From: Chiloscyllium plagiosum
Lineage: Eukaryota
Direction of reading: 5' to 3'
NCBI RefSeq assembly: GCF_004010195.1
Contig: NC_057710.1
Coordinates: 132,341,254 to 132,405,253, forward strand
DNA: 64,000 nt
Shown here: piece after piece, positions 50,906 through 63,099 of the stretch
Numbering within the stretch: the stretch's first letter is position 1
Layout: each line of letters opens with the position of its first letter
Notes under the pieces: model-generated
Told to the model about the DNA's origin: nothing
Seen by the model: only the letters and a program-made list of their open reading frames with translations
The model's database searches: none
Position numbers and translations under genes: made by a program

Positions 50906-51360
50906 TTTCCTTGAGAAGGCATTGATGCAATTACTACTAAACCATTGCAATCTTTGTGGTTTCAGTTGACTCTTCATACTGTTGGGATTCTGGTCCAAGT
51001 GGAGAAATTATATAGATCCAAGTTAGAATCAAAAGGAACTTGGAGGTGGTCATACCTTCTGTTGTCCTGACCTTTCAAGTGACATGGGTTGCAGGTATAG
51101 AAGATACTGTGGAATGAGCATTGGCAAGTTGCTACTGTGATTCTTTTTAATATATGGTACAAATTGCTGGCATTTTACACGATGACATGTAGGAAGTGAA
51201 TGGTTAAGTGTGCAGAGTGCAAATCAAGGAGACTGATTCATTCTGGATGCTTCCACATTCTTGAGTATTGTTAGAGTTGCATGCATTCAGGCAAGTGGAG
51301 AGTATTCATTACACAGCTGATCATGTGCCTCATAAATAGTAAACAAGGATTAAAGAGTCA
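50906..51360 (-). mobile_element. Degraded 3' part of second-family LINE
   Basis: Resembles 28780-29165; EYSPLA*MHA..TILK-like remnant. Confidence 0.5.
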
Positions 51361-51879
51361 GAAAATGAGATGTGAGCCTGAAAATAGATCCTTAAACTTA
51401 AATAAAGTCAATCACGAGGGTACAAAGACAGGGTTGGCTAAAGTCGACTGGGGCAAAAAAATTAAACGACTAAACAGTAGCTTATAATTATTCAGAAAAT
51501 CATATAGCAGAGTGTTGTGGAGGTTACAATGCTAGTTTTGCAACCAAGAAATCATGTGTTCAGCATCCCAACATTACGAGTCACAATGATGAATTTAATA
51601 AATCTGCACATTTTTGAGATGAGACATAGGTGTGGAGACTGTCATTCTGTGAATTCACTAAAGTTGGAGTCAATCTCAGCAAATGAATTCATCCTTTACT
51701 CCTTACTCAACATTAATGCCATTAGATATCACCTAGCAAACCATTTAGTTGTACCAATTTGGAATTTTCTGCAGGCTGATGACACCACCTTCTAATAGCA
51801 ACTAATTTCAGACATGCAATCTACCATTGTCCACAATCTGAGGATAAAAGAAAAAAGGAAATGTCAATCAAAATAATCT

Positions 51880-54130
51880 ATGAAATGTCAAAAGTGTATT
51901 GAGTAGACCTGTGACAAGTGTTGTACTGCTCTTCTACTGCAGTGTGAAGGCTTTTTACAGGCATGAGTAGCCCTGTCTTGAATAAAGTTAAAAATCACAC
52001 AACACCAAGTTGTAGCCCAACAGGTTTATTTAGAAGCACTAGTTTTCAGAGAACTGCTTCTTCATCAGGATCATTGGACACAGAATTTATACCAAAGGAT
52101 TACAGTGTCATGCAACCTGAAATGATATATTTAATAAACCTAGATTCCTGTTATATCTTTCATCTTTTAGAATGGGTTGTAGGTTTTAGTTCATTAATAG
52201 GTAAATCCCAAAACTTCTTTTAAGTCATTCTTGAGACAACTGAAGGTTTTATATAAAGGAAGGTGACATCTCAGCTCAGACAATGCATTAAAGGTGTGAG
52301 GTTAGAATCTGTCTGTACCCCAAACTTGAGTCAGACTGGTTCTATTTCCAAAGTAGGAATTTATAAAATATTACATGCATTGACTGCCTGCAGATTGTGC
52401 GTTTTGACAAAATAGAATGTATCTGCAAATATAATTCTGCAAAAGCAAATTCACCCATTGACTTATATGTGTGTGTGCATGCATGAGAGAGTGAGTGTGG
52501 ATGTATGTATGTGAGTGTGAGTCCGCATGAGAGAGTGGTGTGTTTGCGTGTTTGCATGCTTGATAAAGTGCATGTGTGAGTGTGATAGAGTGTAAGCCTG
52601 TGAGAGAGTGTGTGCGTGGATGTGAGTATAGGGGTTATATGTATGTGTGTATGAGAGAGCGAGCGTGTGAATGAGAGAGGGTCTGCGTGAGTGTGTGTGT
52701 ATGTAAGAGTGTGTGTGTGTGAGAGAGTGTATAGTGAAGTGGGGTCACCTGCAGTGTGACATGAACCTAAGGTCCCGATTGAGGCCATCCTCATTGGTTC
52801 TGAACTTGGCTATCAGCCTCTGCTCAACCACTCTGCATTATTGTGTATCCCGAAGTCCACCTTGGAGGATCGTCACCTGAAGATCCGAGGCCAGACCACT
52901 GAAGTGTTCCCCGACTGGGAGGAAACACCCCTGTCTGGCGATTGTTGCGTGGTGTCCATTCATTCATTGCCAACATACAACCCCCACACTGACTCCCACA
53001 CACACACCCTCTCACAGGCTTATATTCCATCACACTCACACACACATTTTACCAAGCATGCACACTCAAATGCACACATTCACATGCACAAATTCACACT
53101 CTCTCTCTCTTTCTTTCACATGCATTCACACACACATAAAAGTTTATGGATGAATTTGCTTTTGCAGAATTGTAATTGCAGATACATTCTATTTTGCTCA
53201 AAAAGCGTACAATCTGCAGGCAGTCAATCCATGTGACATTTTGTAAATTTCTACTTTGGAAATAGAACCAGGCTGACTCAAGACTGGGTACTGACAGGCT
53301 CTAATCTCACATCTTTAATGCATTGTCTGAGCTGAGATGTCACCTTTTTATAAAACCTTAAGTTATCTTAGTTCTGGGATGCACATATTAATGAAGCAAA
53401 ACCTGCAACCTGTGCTAAAAGATGAAAGGCTTATCAGCGATCTAGGTTTGTTCAATATATCATTTCAGTTACATGACACTGTAATTTTTTGCTGTAAATT
53501 TTGTCTTATTATACCATTCCACCATTCTACCTGATAAAGGAGCAGCGCTCTGAAAGCTTGTGCTTCCAAATAAACATGTTGGACTAGAACCTGGTGTTGT
53601 GTGATTTTTAACTTTGTCCACCCCACTCCAACACTGGCTCCTCCAATCCTGTCTTGAATAGGTAGCCCTTATCCCTGAGAATCTATATCTGAAAGAGCAA
53701 GCGGTGGTCTGGAACAATGCTGGTACCTGAGGATACTGGAGTAGGCAGGAATGATACCTTGATTTTGGTGGCTGCAGCCCATTTGAACAATGAGGGAGTG
53801 GAAAGCTGTGGGAGTCCTGGCCACATACTTGCAATTACCTTGCATTAGGAGTATCCTGTGATGAACCTCCCCACCAGTGTAGGCTACATTATCACCAGTC
53901 CTGTGGATCACCCCTTGATGGGTTGCATCCTGTGAGAGTTCACAAATATCTTTGCTTGCTCCCTACAAAGGTTAGGAGGAATTGAAGTGTGATGCAGAGA
54001 TCAGTGACTGGCTTGCGGGAGAACCTTGGATATCGGGAACACATTCAGCTGTTCATGAAAGGATAGGCTCTTTTCACACAGAAAGTTGTTGACATGCCTC
54101 ACTGTATCCTTCTGCACTCCATGGCTGGTA
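51880..54130 (-). pseudogene. PIF/Harbinger DDE transposase relic (HARBI1-like), split by a PLE
   Basis: Minus strand FHSLIVQMGCSH, QYPQVPALFQ, DKGYL-FKT continuing past the PLE as GLLMPVKSLHTAVEEQYNTCHRST. Confidence 0.65.
51985..53647. mobile_element. PLE family B with inverted structure: minus copy (GIY-YIG tail, 3' UTR, pLTR) and plus copy (3' UTR, pLTR)
   Basis: Minus strand MNGHHATIARQ..PVGEHFSG..ILQGGLRD..EQRLIAKF; arms of about 500 bp; 13-bp TSD cctgtcttgaata at 51972-51984 and 53648-53660. Confidence 0.88.
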
Positions 54131-54756
54131 CTTAGCTCTTACCGATTTGCCCTTACCAGTGTTTAGATTTTCTTCCTTCTGAGATGGTCCTCGGGTGGAT
54201 TAGACCCATTTGCATTGCCCTGTGTCTCCTAGTCCTGCTCCTTCTCCCCCATTGACTATTCATCGCTTTACTGTAGCAGAGCTCATCCCGTGATAGCAAG
54301 TGCCTCTGGTCATCTATGATGCTGGTAGAATGCACCCTTACTTCTCCCTCTCTTCTGTCATTGTTTAGTGATGCCTTCCATAATGTTCTGTCCCTTTCAC
54401 TGCACCTTGACTCCATGGCTGGCTGGCTGGCTGCAAGAGGCAACACAGAACTCTCTTCACCTCACTGTTTCCTTTAACAAGCCAGACCTCTTAAGCCTTG
54501 TTGTTCCATGTGCCATTATAAAATTGGCAAGAACTACAAAATTTAGTTCATTGGCTTTTTAAATACCTTAATTGATATCAGACATCCTCTCATTACTGGT
54601 AGAATCTGGAAAAAACATCAGATTTCTGACGAATAACATGTTATGACTATTTCCCACACTTCCAAAGTACCCTAATAACATATTGGCAAAATTGTGCTCA
54701 CTTGCTCGGGCACTTTGACCATATTCCGGTTATGAAATGTAAGTAATTTGGGCTTG

Positions 54757-56022
54757 CATCTTGTGTCTGGAAAAACATGAGCTAAATCTCACTATACTTT
54801 TGCAAAATGTAATTTTTGCTGTGTTTCACAGAGGGTTTCTCAACCCAGTGAATATTTACCATGCCATCCAAAACTCGTCAATCACCAAACCCGCTCCAAT
54901 GATTTTTCTCCATTCCAACGTTAACCTGATCTCCCTATTACAACCGCCAGAATATATTGGCATCCTTAGTGCTGATGCCACATTGGGTTACCAGCTGTGC
55001 CCCCATCAAACACTTGCAGTCCAAAATTATCTTTTACCATCAATATAGTGAATTACTAGCCACAAACTAGCATCAGACAATTATAAATCAGTGTTGTTCA
55101 TTCAATTTGTGGTGGGCATATTGAACTGGCTATTTAATGGACTTAACTCTGAAGGCAGTTTGGGAGTGGCACTGGTACTGGCATTGGACTGGAATCAGGA
55201 AGTCTGCATTTCAATCATCTGTGCACGTTATTGCCTGAGCAATAAAGAAAGGAGAGAAGGAATTTACAGTTATAAATACAGGATGTGAAATAAACAAAGG
55301 ATGAATTGTGTTTCTTTAACTGATAGACCTGTTCAACAACTAATCCATTTTATATTTTTGGCAAAAGCTTAATGAATTTTATTTATACGTATTCAAGGAC
55401 TTGGTTGGCAGCCTTCCCCTACCACAGCACCAACAAAACACTTTGGCAGGTCACAGAAAACTCTCTTGTGGGCTGCTTGTAGTCCACATACTATGCAATG
55501 GAAGCTTGTTTGTCCTTGGATCTGACCACATCACACTCCCCAAAAACACTTCAGCTTGTTTGCTTTGGTTTCATTCCAATTTCACTGACTTCTATAAGGT
55601 TCTTACCTCAATTATTGCACATTTTTCTCTGAACTGTTGTAGGTATATCATGCTGTATGTGTTTAGCATTTGCAGAATGCTGCTATGCACATATTATAAC
55701 AAAACGCCCATCTTGTGTCAGGAAAAACATGAGCTAAATCTCACTACACTTTTGCAAAATGTAATTTTTGCTGTGTTTCATAGAGGTTTTCTCAACCCAA
55801 TGAATATTTGCCATGCCATCCAAAACTCGTCAATCACCGAACCCACTCCAATGACTTTTCTCCATTCCAACGTTAACCCGATTCTCCCTATTACAATTGC
55901 CAGAATATATTGGCATCCATAGTGCTGGTGCCACATTGGGTCACCAGCTGTGTCCCCATCAAACACTTGCAGTCCAAAATTATCTTGCACCATCAACATA
56001 GTGAATTAGTAGCCACAAACTA
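54757..56022. repeat. Direct duplication of about 313 bp (54757-55069 and 55709-56022) within a possible hAT relic on the minus strand
   Basis: Units align at roughly 90 percent by eye; minus strand LEWRKVIGVGS and PDTRW motifs. Confidence 0.7.
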
Positions 56023-57224
56023 ACATTTCTCAGGGTACATAAAGGCATAGGTGGCTATTCCTTACACATGCTACTGCACATTGCTACCCCAAAGTCAGTT
56101 TGAGTTCACAGGTCCTTAGTTATGTCCCATATTACAAGCTTCTTGAAGTGACTGCTGTGCTTTCCTGAATGCCCAACATAGCTTGGCATCTTATCAGTGA
56201 TGAATGCAGGGCCATCATACACAAGAAAGCCTCAAAACAGAACAAGGTTAACTTTCACAACAAAATTGAACAGAAATAAAACATTCAGAAGCCTCTCAGA
56301 ATCCGGAAAAAACCCAGCAGTTAGATAGCAAGATAACCTAAAAACAGAATAATAATTACATTTTAAAACAGATTTCAGAATGAATAAGGTCATTCATGCT
56401 AAAAAGAAATGAGAACCAAAACTTATTTGCTGCTTTTGTATCACTTGTTGCTACCCATGCCAATGCATCATACACACGGCAGGGTGTGATGAGGTCAGTA
56501 TGTCCAGACATTCCTGTGATTGAAGAAGGGAGAAATGCTAGAAATAAGGATTCCAAGATAAACATTACGCCATTATGATTCCAAACTCTGTGCACTCAAC
56601 ATAATTCTAGTGACGCTATGTGAACACATTTCTTCCTTGGTGATGTTATTGAGCAGCTGGAACTTTGTATTCATACTGAATACAGAATCTGGAGTCAGAA
56701 ATTCTTGTGCTCCACTGTTTCTGTGTTGAATGTGTTAATATCCTCCCTGTCAAGTGTCTCTTGTGCTTTTTCCATTACCCAGCCAGCATTTAGTGTACAT
56801 TTGGGGAAAGATATGGGGAAAGATAGTTGCTGTGCACCAGTGACATCATTTTTTGAAAAAACAGGAAAATATAGCTGAATTGTTATTTCTTATTCAGTAG
56901 TGACAGCAAAAAGAAATTTGTTGAGGCCCGTTTTCAGGAGCAGAAGTCTCGATACACAGTCCATTCACAGACAACCACTCCTATTAAAGTAGGAAACATG
57001 CAGACTTCTTGCTTCTTCCTCTGTTAAATGATTATACTGTTGAGCTGAGTGGGGCCACCCTGCTGACTCAAAAGGAAACCCGACAGTGTGTGTTGATAGA
57101 AGGTGGTGTAACCAGTCTGCTCCTCTTAAAGGAGAACTGCACTCATTGGAGTGAAGCTGCATGCACTGACAGCGGCTGCAATATGGTGCTGTACAAAACA
57201 GATGAAAGACAGTTCCCAGGATCA

Positions 57225-57385
57225 CGAGCACAGCCCTGAAGGTGATGGAGCTCGACAAAAGGAGAAGTCATGGCTGTGTGAAGGACTGGGAGCCTCAAAG
57301 GACAGCCTCTAAGGAAATAGGGATGTCAATGCTTTGAGTTTGATTCCAGAGACTGGCTGCTGGCTGAGAGAAGTTCAAAAGCCTC
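57225..57385 (+). pseudogene. Possible Harbinger Myb/SANT-like ORF relic
   Basis: ALKVM..KRR...VNALSLIPE..EKFK-like remnant; aacccaatgaggagagtgtgctt (PMEERVL-like, frameshifted) near 57880. Confidence 0.35.
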
Positions 57386-57439
57386 ATCTGTGCAGTCAAC
57401 ACTGCATCCCTTCACGACCTCTCCTAACCCTAACCCTAA

Positions 57440-57564
57440 GGAGAAAGTGAGGACTGCAGATGCTGGAGATCAGAGCTGAAAATGTGTTGCTGGAAAAGCG
57501 CAGCAGGTCAGGCAGCATCCAAGGAGCAGGAGAATCAACGTTTCGGGCATGAGCCCTTCGGGCA
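57440..57564 (-). mobile_element. PLE pLTR family A inserted into telomeric (TAACCC)n repeats
   Basis: taaccctaaccctaa at 57425-57439 and 57565-57579. Confidence 0.85.
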
Positions 57565-58794
57565 TAACCCTAACCCTAACCCTAACTAACCTCTCATACC
57601 ACTCAATGCACTACAGTCCCAACAGTCAGCCAGCAACAATTTCGAGCATTCACCACTCAACTCAGATACTCTGTCTCACCCTCATTCATATTCCAATGAT
57701 ACCAACTTCCCAGCCAGCTCCAAGTCCTCCCACGTACCTCCAGCTACTCAGCAATGGCAGATACATAAATCAAACACAATCTGGCACAACCAATGTCATT
57801 CTGCCTCCTTCCTACAGGACAAAGTGGTACACTATAGAAAGAAGTAAAACAGAATACCACAGAAGCGCCTTAATTTCCTAAACCCAATGAGGAGAGTGTG
57901 CTTCATATCATGGGGTTGGCAATGGTAGTGTATATAATGGTGCATAATGGTGCATTTGGCATTACCAGAGCGTTGAGAATGATAGCATGTCCCTCCCTTT
58001 ATGCACGTTTAGACTCAGTCTCATCCATTATCTGTGTGAGAGGCAAGCTGCAGATAGCATGGCCATAAACTCTTTCTTTACATCCACAAATTCCAAACTC
58101 TTCTGATTTGATGCTTTCAGATAGCCAGGAACTGCTAACAGTCCAGCCACAGCAGCCTCACGAGGAAGGGAGAAGGTAATTCCACACCATTGAGGAAGAA
58201 GCTCTGTCACTTAATATGACACCTACTACCAAAACCCCAGGCGATGGCACTGGGCAAACTTTTAAAGCTGGCATGGAGTTAGGTGGTGAGTCACTTGACC
58301 TGAGCAGTATCCCAGAGGAGTTTTTGTATCAGTTCCCTGGAGAAATGTTTCTTTTCAGAGAATTCTTTTCTCAGGGATGAGGAGCTCAGGTAGGTGACTC
58401 ATAGGAGAACAATGATGAATGTGTACTCTGAGATGCTTGGCGAATTGACAGTCCTGCTGGAAATTCAAGAAGCACTGAGGGATTCTGCAACATCATAACA
58501 TGGAGTTTTGGTGAATAACATGGAGCCCATCCTTTTCCAGTATGTACGTGGTAGTCAACTCCATAATGATATTGTCACAGCCGCCTGTGATGCAGCATCT
58601 GATAGCCAATGTCTCAGTTTCCATTCCACCACAGACAAAAGCCTGCCAATGTCCCTGAGCTACAATAGAAGACCAGTTGGAGATCATCAGTTCCACTTAT
58701 GCCACTTTGAACAGCATTTGTCATAATTCTGTTAATTTATTTTCATGAAGTGTTGGTACAGGACGTCAAGGACAAATAATCTGATTTTTTTAAA

Positions 58795-59150
58795 ATTGAT
58801 TTATTATTGTCACATACTCCTTAGTACAGTGAACAGTTTTATTTTGCATGCAGCACAGGCAGGATCATAAAATACTTGGTGCATTAGGATAATAAGACAG
58901 AGTGAAGAATAGAATGTTACAGTTATAGAGAAGATACACAATGAGCGAGATCAACATTTAAATTTAAAATTTGAGAGATCCATTCAGAAATCTGACAACA
59001 GCATGGAAGAAGCTGTTCTTGAATCTGTAGGAATGTGTGTTTAAGCTTTTGTATCTTCTGCCCAATGGAAGAGGTTGGAAGAGATTTTAACTGGGATGGG
59101 AGGGGTCTTTGATGATGTTGGCTGTCTTCCTGAGGCAGCAAGAAGTGAAC
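58795..59150 (-). mobile_element. Rex1/Babar-type LINE 3' end
   Basis: Minus strand CLRKTANIIKDPSHPS*NLFQPLPLGRRYKSL..RFKNSFF and tail ttcactgtac..gtgacaataat. Confidence 0.8.
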
Positions 59151-60029
59151 CTGGACTTGTTGTGATCGTGCATCCATGTCTCCATATCTGTCGGCAGCAG
59201 ATAGGGTTTTATTAGCTGCTCAATCCGAGGAACAGCATCGCTGCACAGTTTATAGCATCACTCACTTCCCCCACCCTTCCACACCCAATAGGAAATTCCA
59301 CAACTTCAGAGTTTGACTCCATGTTGTCAGTTCTCTATTTTCCTTATGTTCCACCCCTCAGCACCAGCACACCTAACCACCCACCCCCCCCACACACACA
59401 AACACACACCCAGTAGGAAAGGTACAGTCTGCTGAGGCAGATCAGAAGCTGCAAGAACACTGCAACACAGATGTTTCCTCAGAAGCATTTGTGAAAATTA
59501 GCAACTGATAAAGACTGAAGTTAATAGGGCTTTTAGAGCAAGGGCAACCCCTCCAAGGGATTAGTTTTGATGTAAGTGTATTAGGGCATTGACCTCTTGG
59601 TTTCAATGGCACACCAGCCTACCATGGAATGGGAGAACAGGCATTGAGCTGATGACTTCTACACAAGGTAGAAAAGGTGTTCAAATGCCAATGAAGACTA
59701 CAATATTACCACCAACTGGGATTTCAACTATTTCAATTAGCTGACACCTCTGTGGAGTAGGCTGTCTGGCTGATTTACCAACAACACCTGGGAAATTTTC
59801 CAGTGGTAAGAATGTGCCATGGAGTTGATGTAATGTTGCTTCCACCTAACCTCTCATCCCCAAACCCCCAGAATGCCAAAGGTTATGGGGGGACAGACAG
59901 GGAAATGAACTACAATCATATCAGTGACAAGCTCAGTGGTTGACAGATTAGACTCAATGAGCCATGAGCTGAAAATGTGTTGCTGGAAAAGCACAGCAGG
60001 TCAGGCAGCATCCAAGGAGCAGGAGAATC

Positions 60030-60057
60030 AACGTTTCGGGCATAAGCCCTTCTTCAG
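60030..60057 (-). ncRNA. Minimal hammerhead core (GUU site)
   Basis: CTGAAGA-A-GGGC(TTAT)GCCC-GAAA-CGTT. Confidence 0.65.
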
Positions 60058-60062
60058 GAATC

Positions 60063-60090
60063 CTGAAGAAGGGCTTATGCCCGAAACGTC
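60063..60090 (+). ncRNA. Minimal hammerhead core (GUC site)
   Basis: CTGAAGA-A-GGGC(TTAT)GCCC-GAAA-CGTC. Confidence 0.7.
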
Positions 60091-61954
60091 AATTCTCCTG
60101 TTCCTTGGATGCTGCCTGACCTGCTGCGCTTTTCCAGCACCACATTTTCAGCTCTGATCTCCAGCATCTGCAGTCCTCACTTTCTCCTCAATGCACCATG
60201 AGGCCAGTTCCTGCTCATGTTTCTTATGGTCATATGACCTAATCTCCATAGGTCAAGGAAGGTCCAGCCTATTTAATCTGTCCATCTCTTCGGAACACAC
60301 CGCACAACTTACTGTGCCTCTTGTTTTTGATCAGATTTTGCAGTTCAGGTTTTGAAGGACATTGAGCTGGTCACCACTAATGGGAGTAGTAACGTTATTG
60401 CAATTTCCACAGTGCTCATGCTTGGGCCAAAATCCAGAAGTTGTTGTATGCACGAATGAGCTCTGGGTAGCATCTGTTGATAGTCTCTTTGTTAAGTAGC
60501 ACAGATATGTAGTTGAACACTAACTTTTATGTTGTTTTGTTTAAATTTGGTAATAATAGCACAGCGGGACTTATACTCTTCAGAACGGCACAAGCTGGAG
60601 TACATATGAACTTTCAGAGGTAAGTGCAGACCTTTTCAATGTTGGTCTTTTTTTTACTGGCCGATATAATCTTTTAGTGTGGCTTATCAGATTTCTTAAA
60701 AGAATATAATTTATTTCACTTTTTTACAGAACTTAAGTAACTTTTTTTTAAATCTATAAATATATATGACTTATTCTATTAACATTTATCTGACTTGAGA
60801 TTTCAATGCAAAGGACTCTTTCACAAGATGAAAGTGACTTTAAGAAATGTTTAAAAATATCCAACTTAACGTTTATCTGACTTCCTTCAAGTTTCAAGAT
60901 AAAAGACTCTTTAGCAAACTTAAAATGACTGTTTAAAGATGTTTTAAAATTCTATCTTTATGAATCATACATTGTAAGACATCTTTGAAATAACAGAGAC
61001 TGTATACTGCAATACATTGAAGATCAAGCCTATGACAAAGAAACTTGTCTGTTCCATTCTGTAGAGCAATTTTATCTGATTTCTGTCATATATAATAGTT
61101 CAAAAAAGAGCCAGTGTCATTCCTGTGAGCCAATGAGGAAGCACTGTTACAAGGTGTTGCTCTACAGGAAGGTTTGACCCAACAGCCCACAGATAGGACT
61201 GTGTTAGAATTGGGTGAAAGGGAGGGTCCCCACATGAATATCACTGGGCCACGCACTGTGGACCACCCAAACAGTCTCAGCTCCATTTGCCAAAATGACT
61301 AGACAACAGCTGGTAATTGATGTATTTGGACATGAGAAGTGACAACACTTCCCTTTCTCCCATAGAATATCAAACCAAAGAATAATGTTGATGTAAAGTC
61401 AAATAAATTTGCTTCAACTTCAAAGACAGATTGCCAGACTTTTGAGGTAATTATTAATGAGGAACATCAACTCTGTTTATTGAAAGACCTTTATGCCATT
61501 TGTGTAAATTAGCATTTTTATAGTACTCTGTAGACCATTGTGATGTCAAAATGGTTAATTTTCATAAAGTTATTTTGACTATTTCAGAATGACTACAGAC
61601 TGAGGTGTAAATGTAACACACTTAAGGTGCAAGAAACCAAGCGCTGGATCTTATGTTAATTTGGCTAAGTCCAAGTTGTGGGTGTGACTTTCGGACGGAT
61701 GTTTCCACTGAAGTACTTAATAAGTTTGCTTGCTATATCTTACCAAACTCACTTCATTAACTACCTATTCCAACTCCAGTAGTCTCCCTCACATCTGGTT
61801 CCAGCCTCATCTTACACTGCTATGTTTGTAGAACAACTCAAAGCTCAATGGATATCCCAGCATCCCTTGGTTTTTCAAAACCCATTGTGTCCTAGGACAA
61901 GCACTGTCAGCTGGAGCTTCCCTGCTTGGTTCCTGACATTTGACCTGGACATTG

Positions 61955-62200
61955 GAAATGGAAGGAAGTGGGCACTTCGCTTTATAAGCGGGGACCTAAA
62001 GATCCTGCTGGAAAGGATAGTGCAAAGGTGTGGATTCCTCTTCCATTATATCCAGCAATGTAGAACATGACAGTACAACATAGCAGCCTGGTCTGAGCTT
62101 ACCAATGAGGTTAAAGCAGTCTCAGCCATCTGGAGGAATGCCCATCACTGTCAGTGGGAACAAAATTGTAGGAAGAATGTCCACTCTGGTAACATAAGTG
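61955..62200 (+). pseudogene. Harbinger Myb/SANT-like ORF relic
   Basis: ALRFISGDLKILLERIVQRCGFLF...AAWSELTNEVKAVSAIWRNAHHC fits the PRFSxxxLExLL..W..VA..V..R..QC pattern. Confidence 0.6.
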
Positions 62201-62514
62201 CAACCAGCTTCTGTCCAATACCTCACACTAACTCTATCTCTGCTATTGCACCCACTTCCTACCAAAGTTTATGCTGTACCACTCTTACTTTTTTGCCTGT
62301 GACACATCATCACCCACCCCAAGCTGCAATGGCCCTCTGTTATCATTCGCTCAGGACACTTCCCATCTGCACCAAAGGTGCCAACCATTTTCATCTCCCA
62401 CAATACTTCCAGGATGAAATCCAGCCTGCTAAAGGGCAGAAAGACTGATATTCAGCTCCTTGCCCTTTATGTGGCCAGCATCCTGACTCTGACAGTCAAA
62501 AGTAAGCACTCAAC

Positions 62515-62960
62515 TATTCCGATGCCACTTTCCAGCACTTAGCCTATAGCCTTGCATGTCTTGTCTTTGCACAGCACATCTAAATGCTTCTTAAATTTCA
62601 TGAGGATTTCTGTCTCTACCATGCTTACAGGCAGCAATTTCCAAATTCTCACCACCTTCTGGGTGAAAATTATTTTCCTCACATCCCCCTAAACATCCTG
62701 CCCCTTATCGTAAACCTATGTACTCTGATCATTGATCACTCCACCAAGGGGGACTATTTCTTCCTGTCTACCCTATTTATGCCCCTCAATTTTATACATC
62801 TCAATCATGTTCACCTTAATATCCTCTGCTCCAAAGATAACAACACTAGTCTATCCAATCTCTCTTCACAGCTAAAGCTCTTCATTCAAGCAACATCCTG
62901 GTAAATCTCCTCTGTTCTCTCTCCAGTACTATTATGTCTTTCTTAAAATGTGGATTCCAG
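62515..62960 (-). mobile_element. Degraded CR1 3' end
   Basis: Minus strand LDRLVLLSLEQRILR..FTQKVVRIWKLL. Confidence 0.75.
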
Positions 62961-63099
62961 ATTTAATGTCGATTCAATGTTCATATTTTTTTTTAATGCC
63001 AGTGACATTATTTTATGTCAAAACCTTTTTCATGATAACAACTAGAACAGGAAACATGGCATTTGGGGACAACAAAAAAGAGATAAACACAACTGGAGC

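Larger units (their letters stand above)
59966..60186. mobile_element. Near-perfect fold-back pLTR family A with two opposed hammerhead cores
   Basis: Arms 59966-60059 and 60061-60154; imperfect 16-bp TSD at 59953-59968 and 60187-60202. Confidence 0.88.

Noticed and set aside
52342-53236. His/Thr-rich ORFs
   Set aside because: Translations of (CA)n/(TG)n tracts in the PLE 3' UTR
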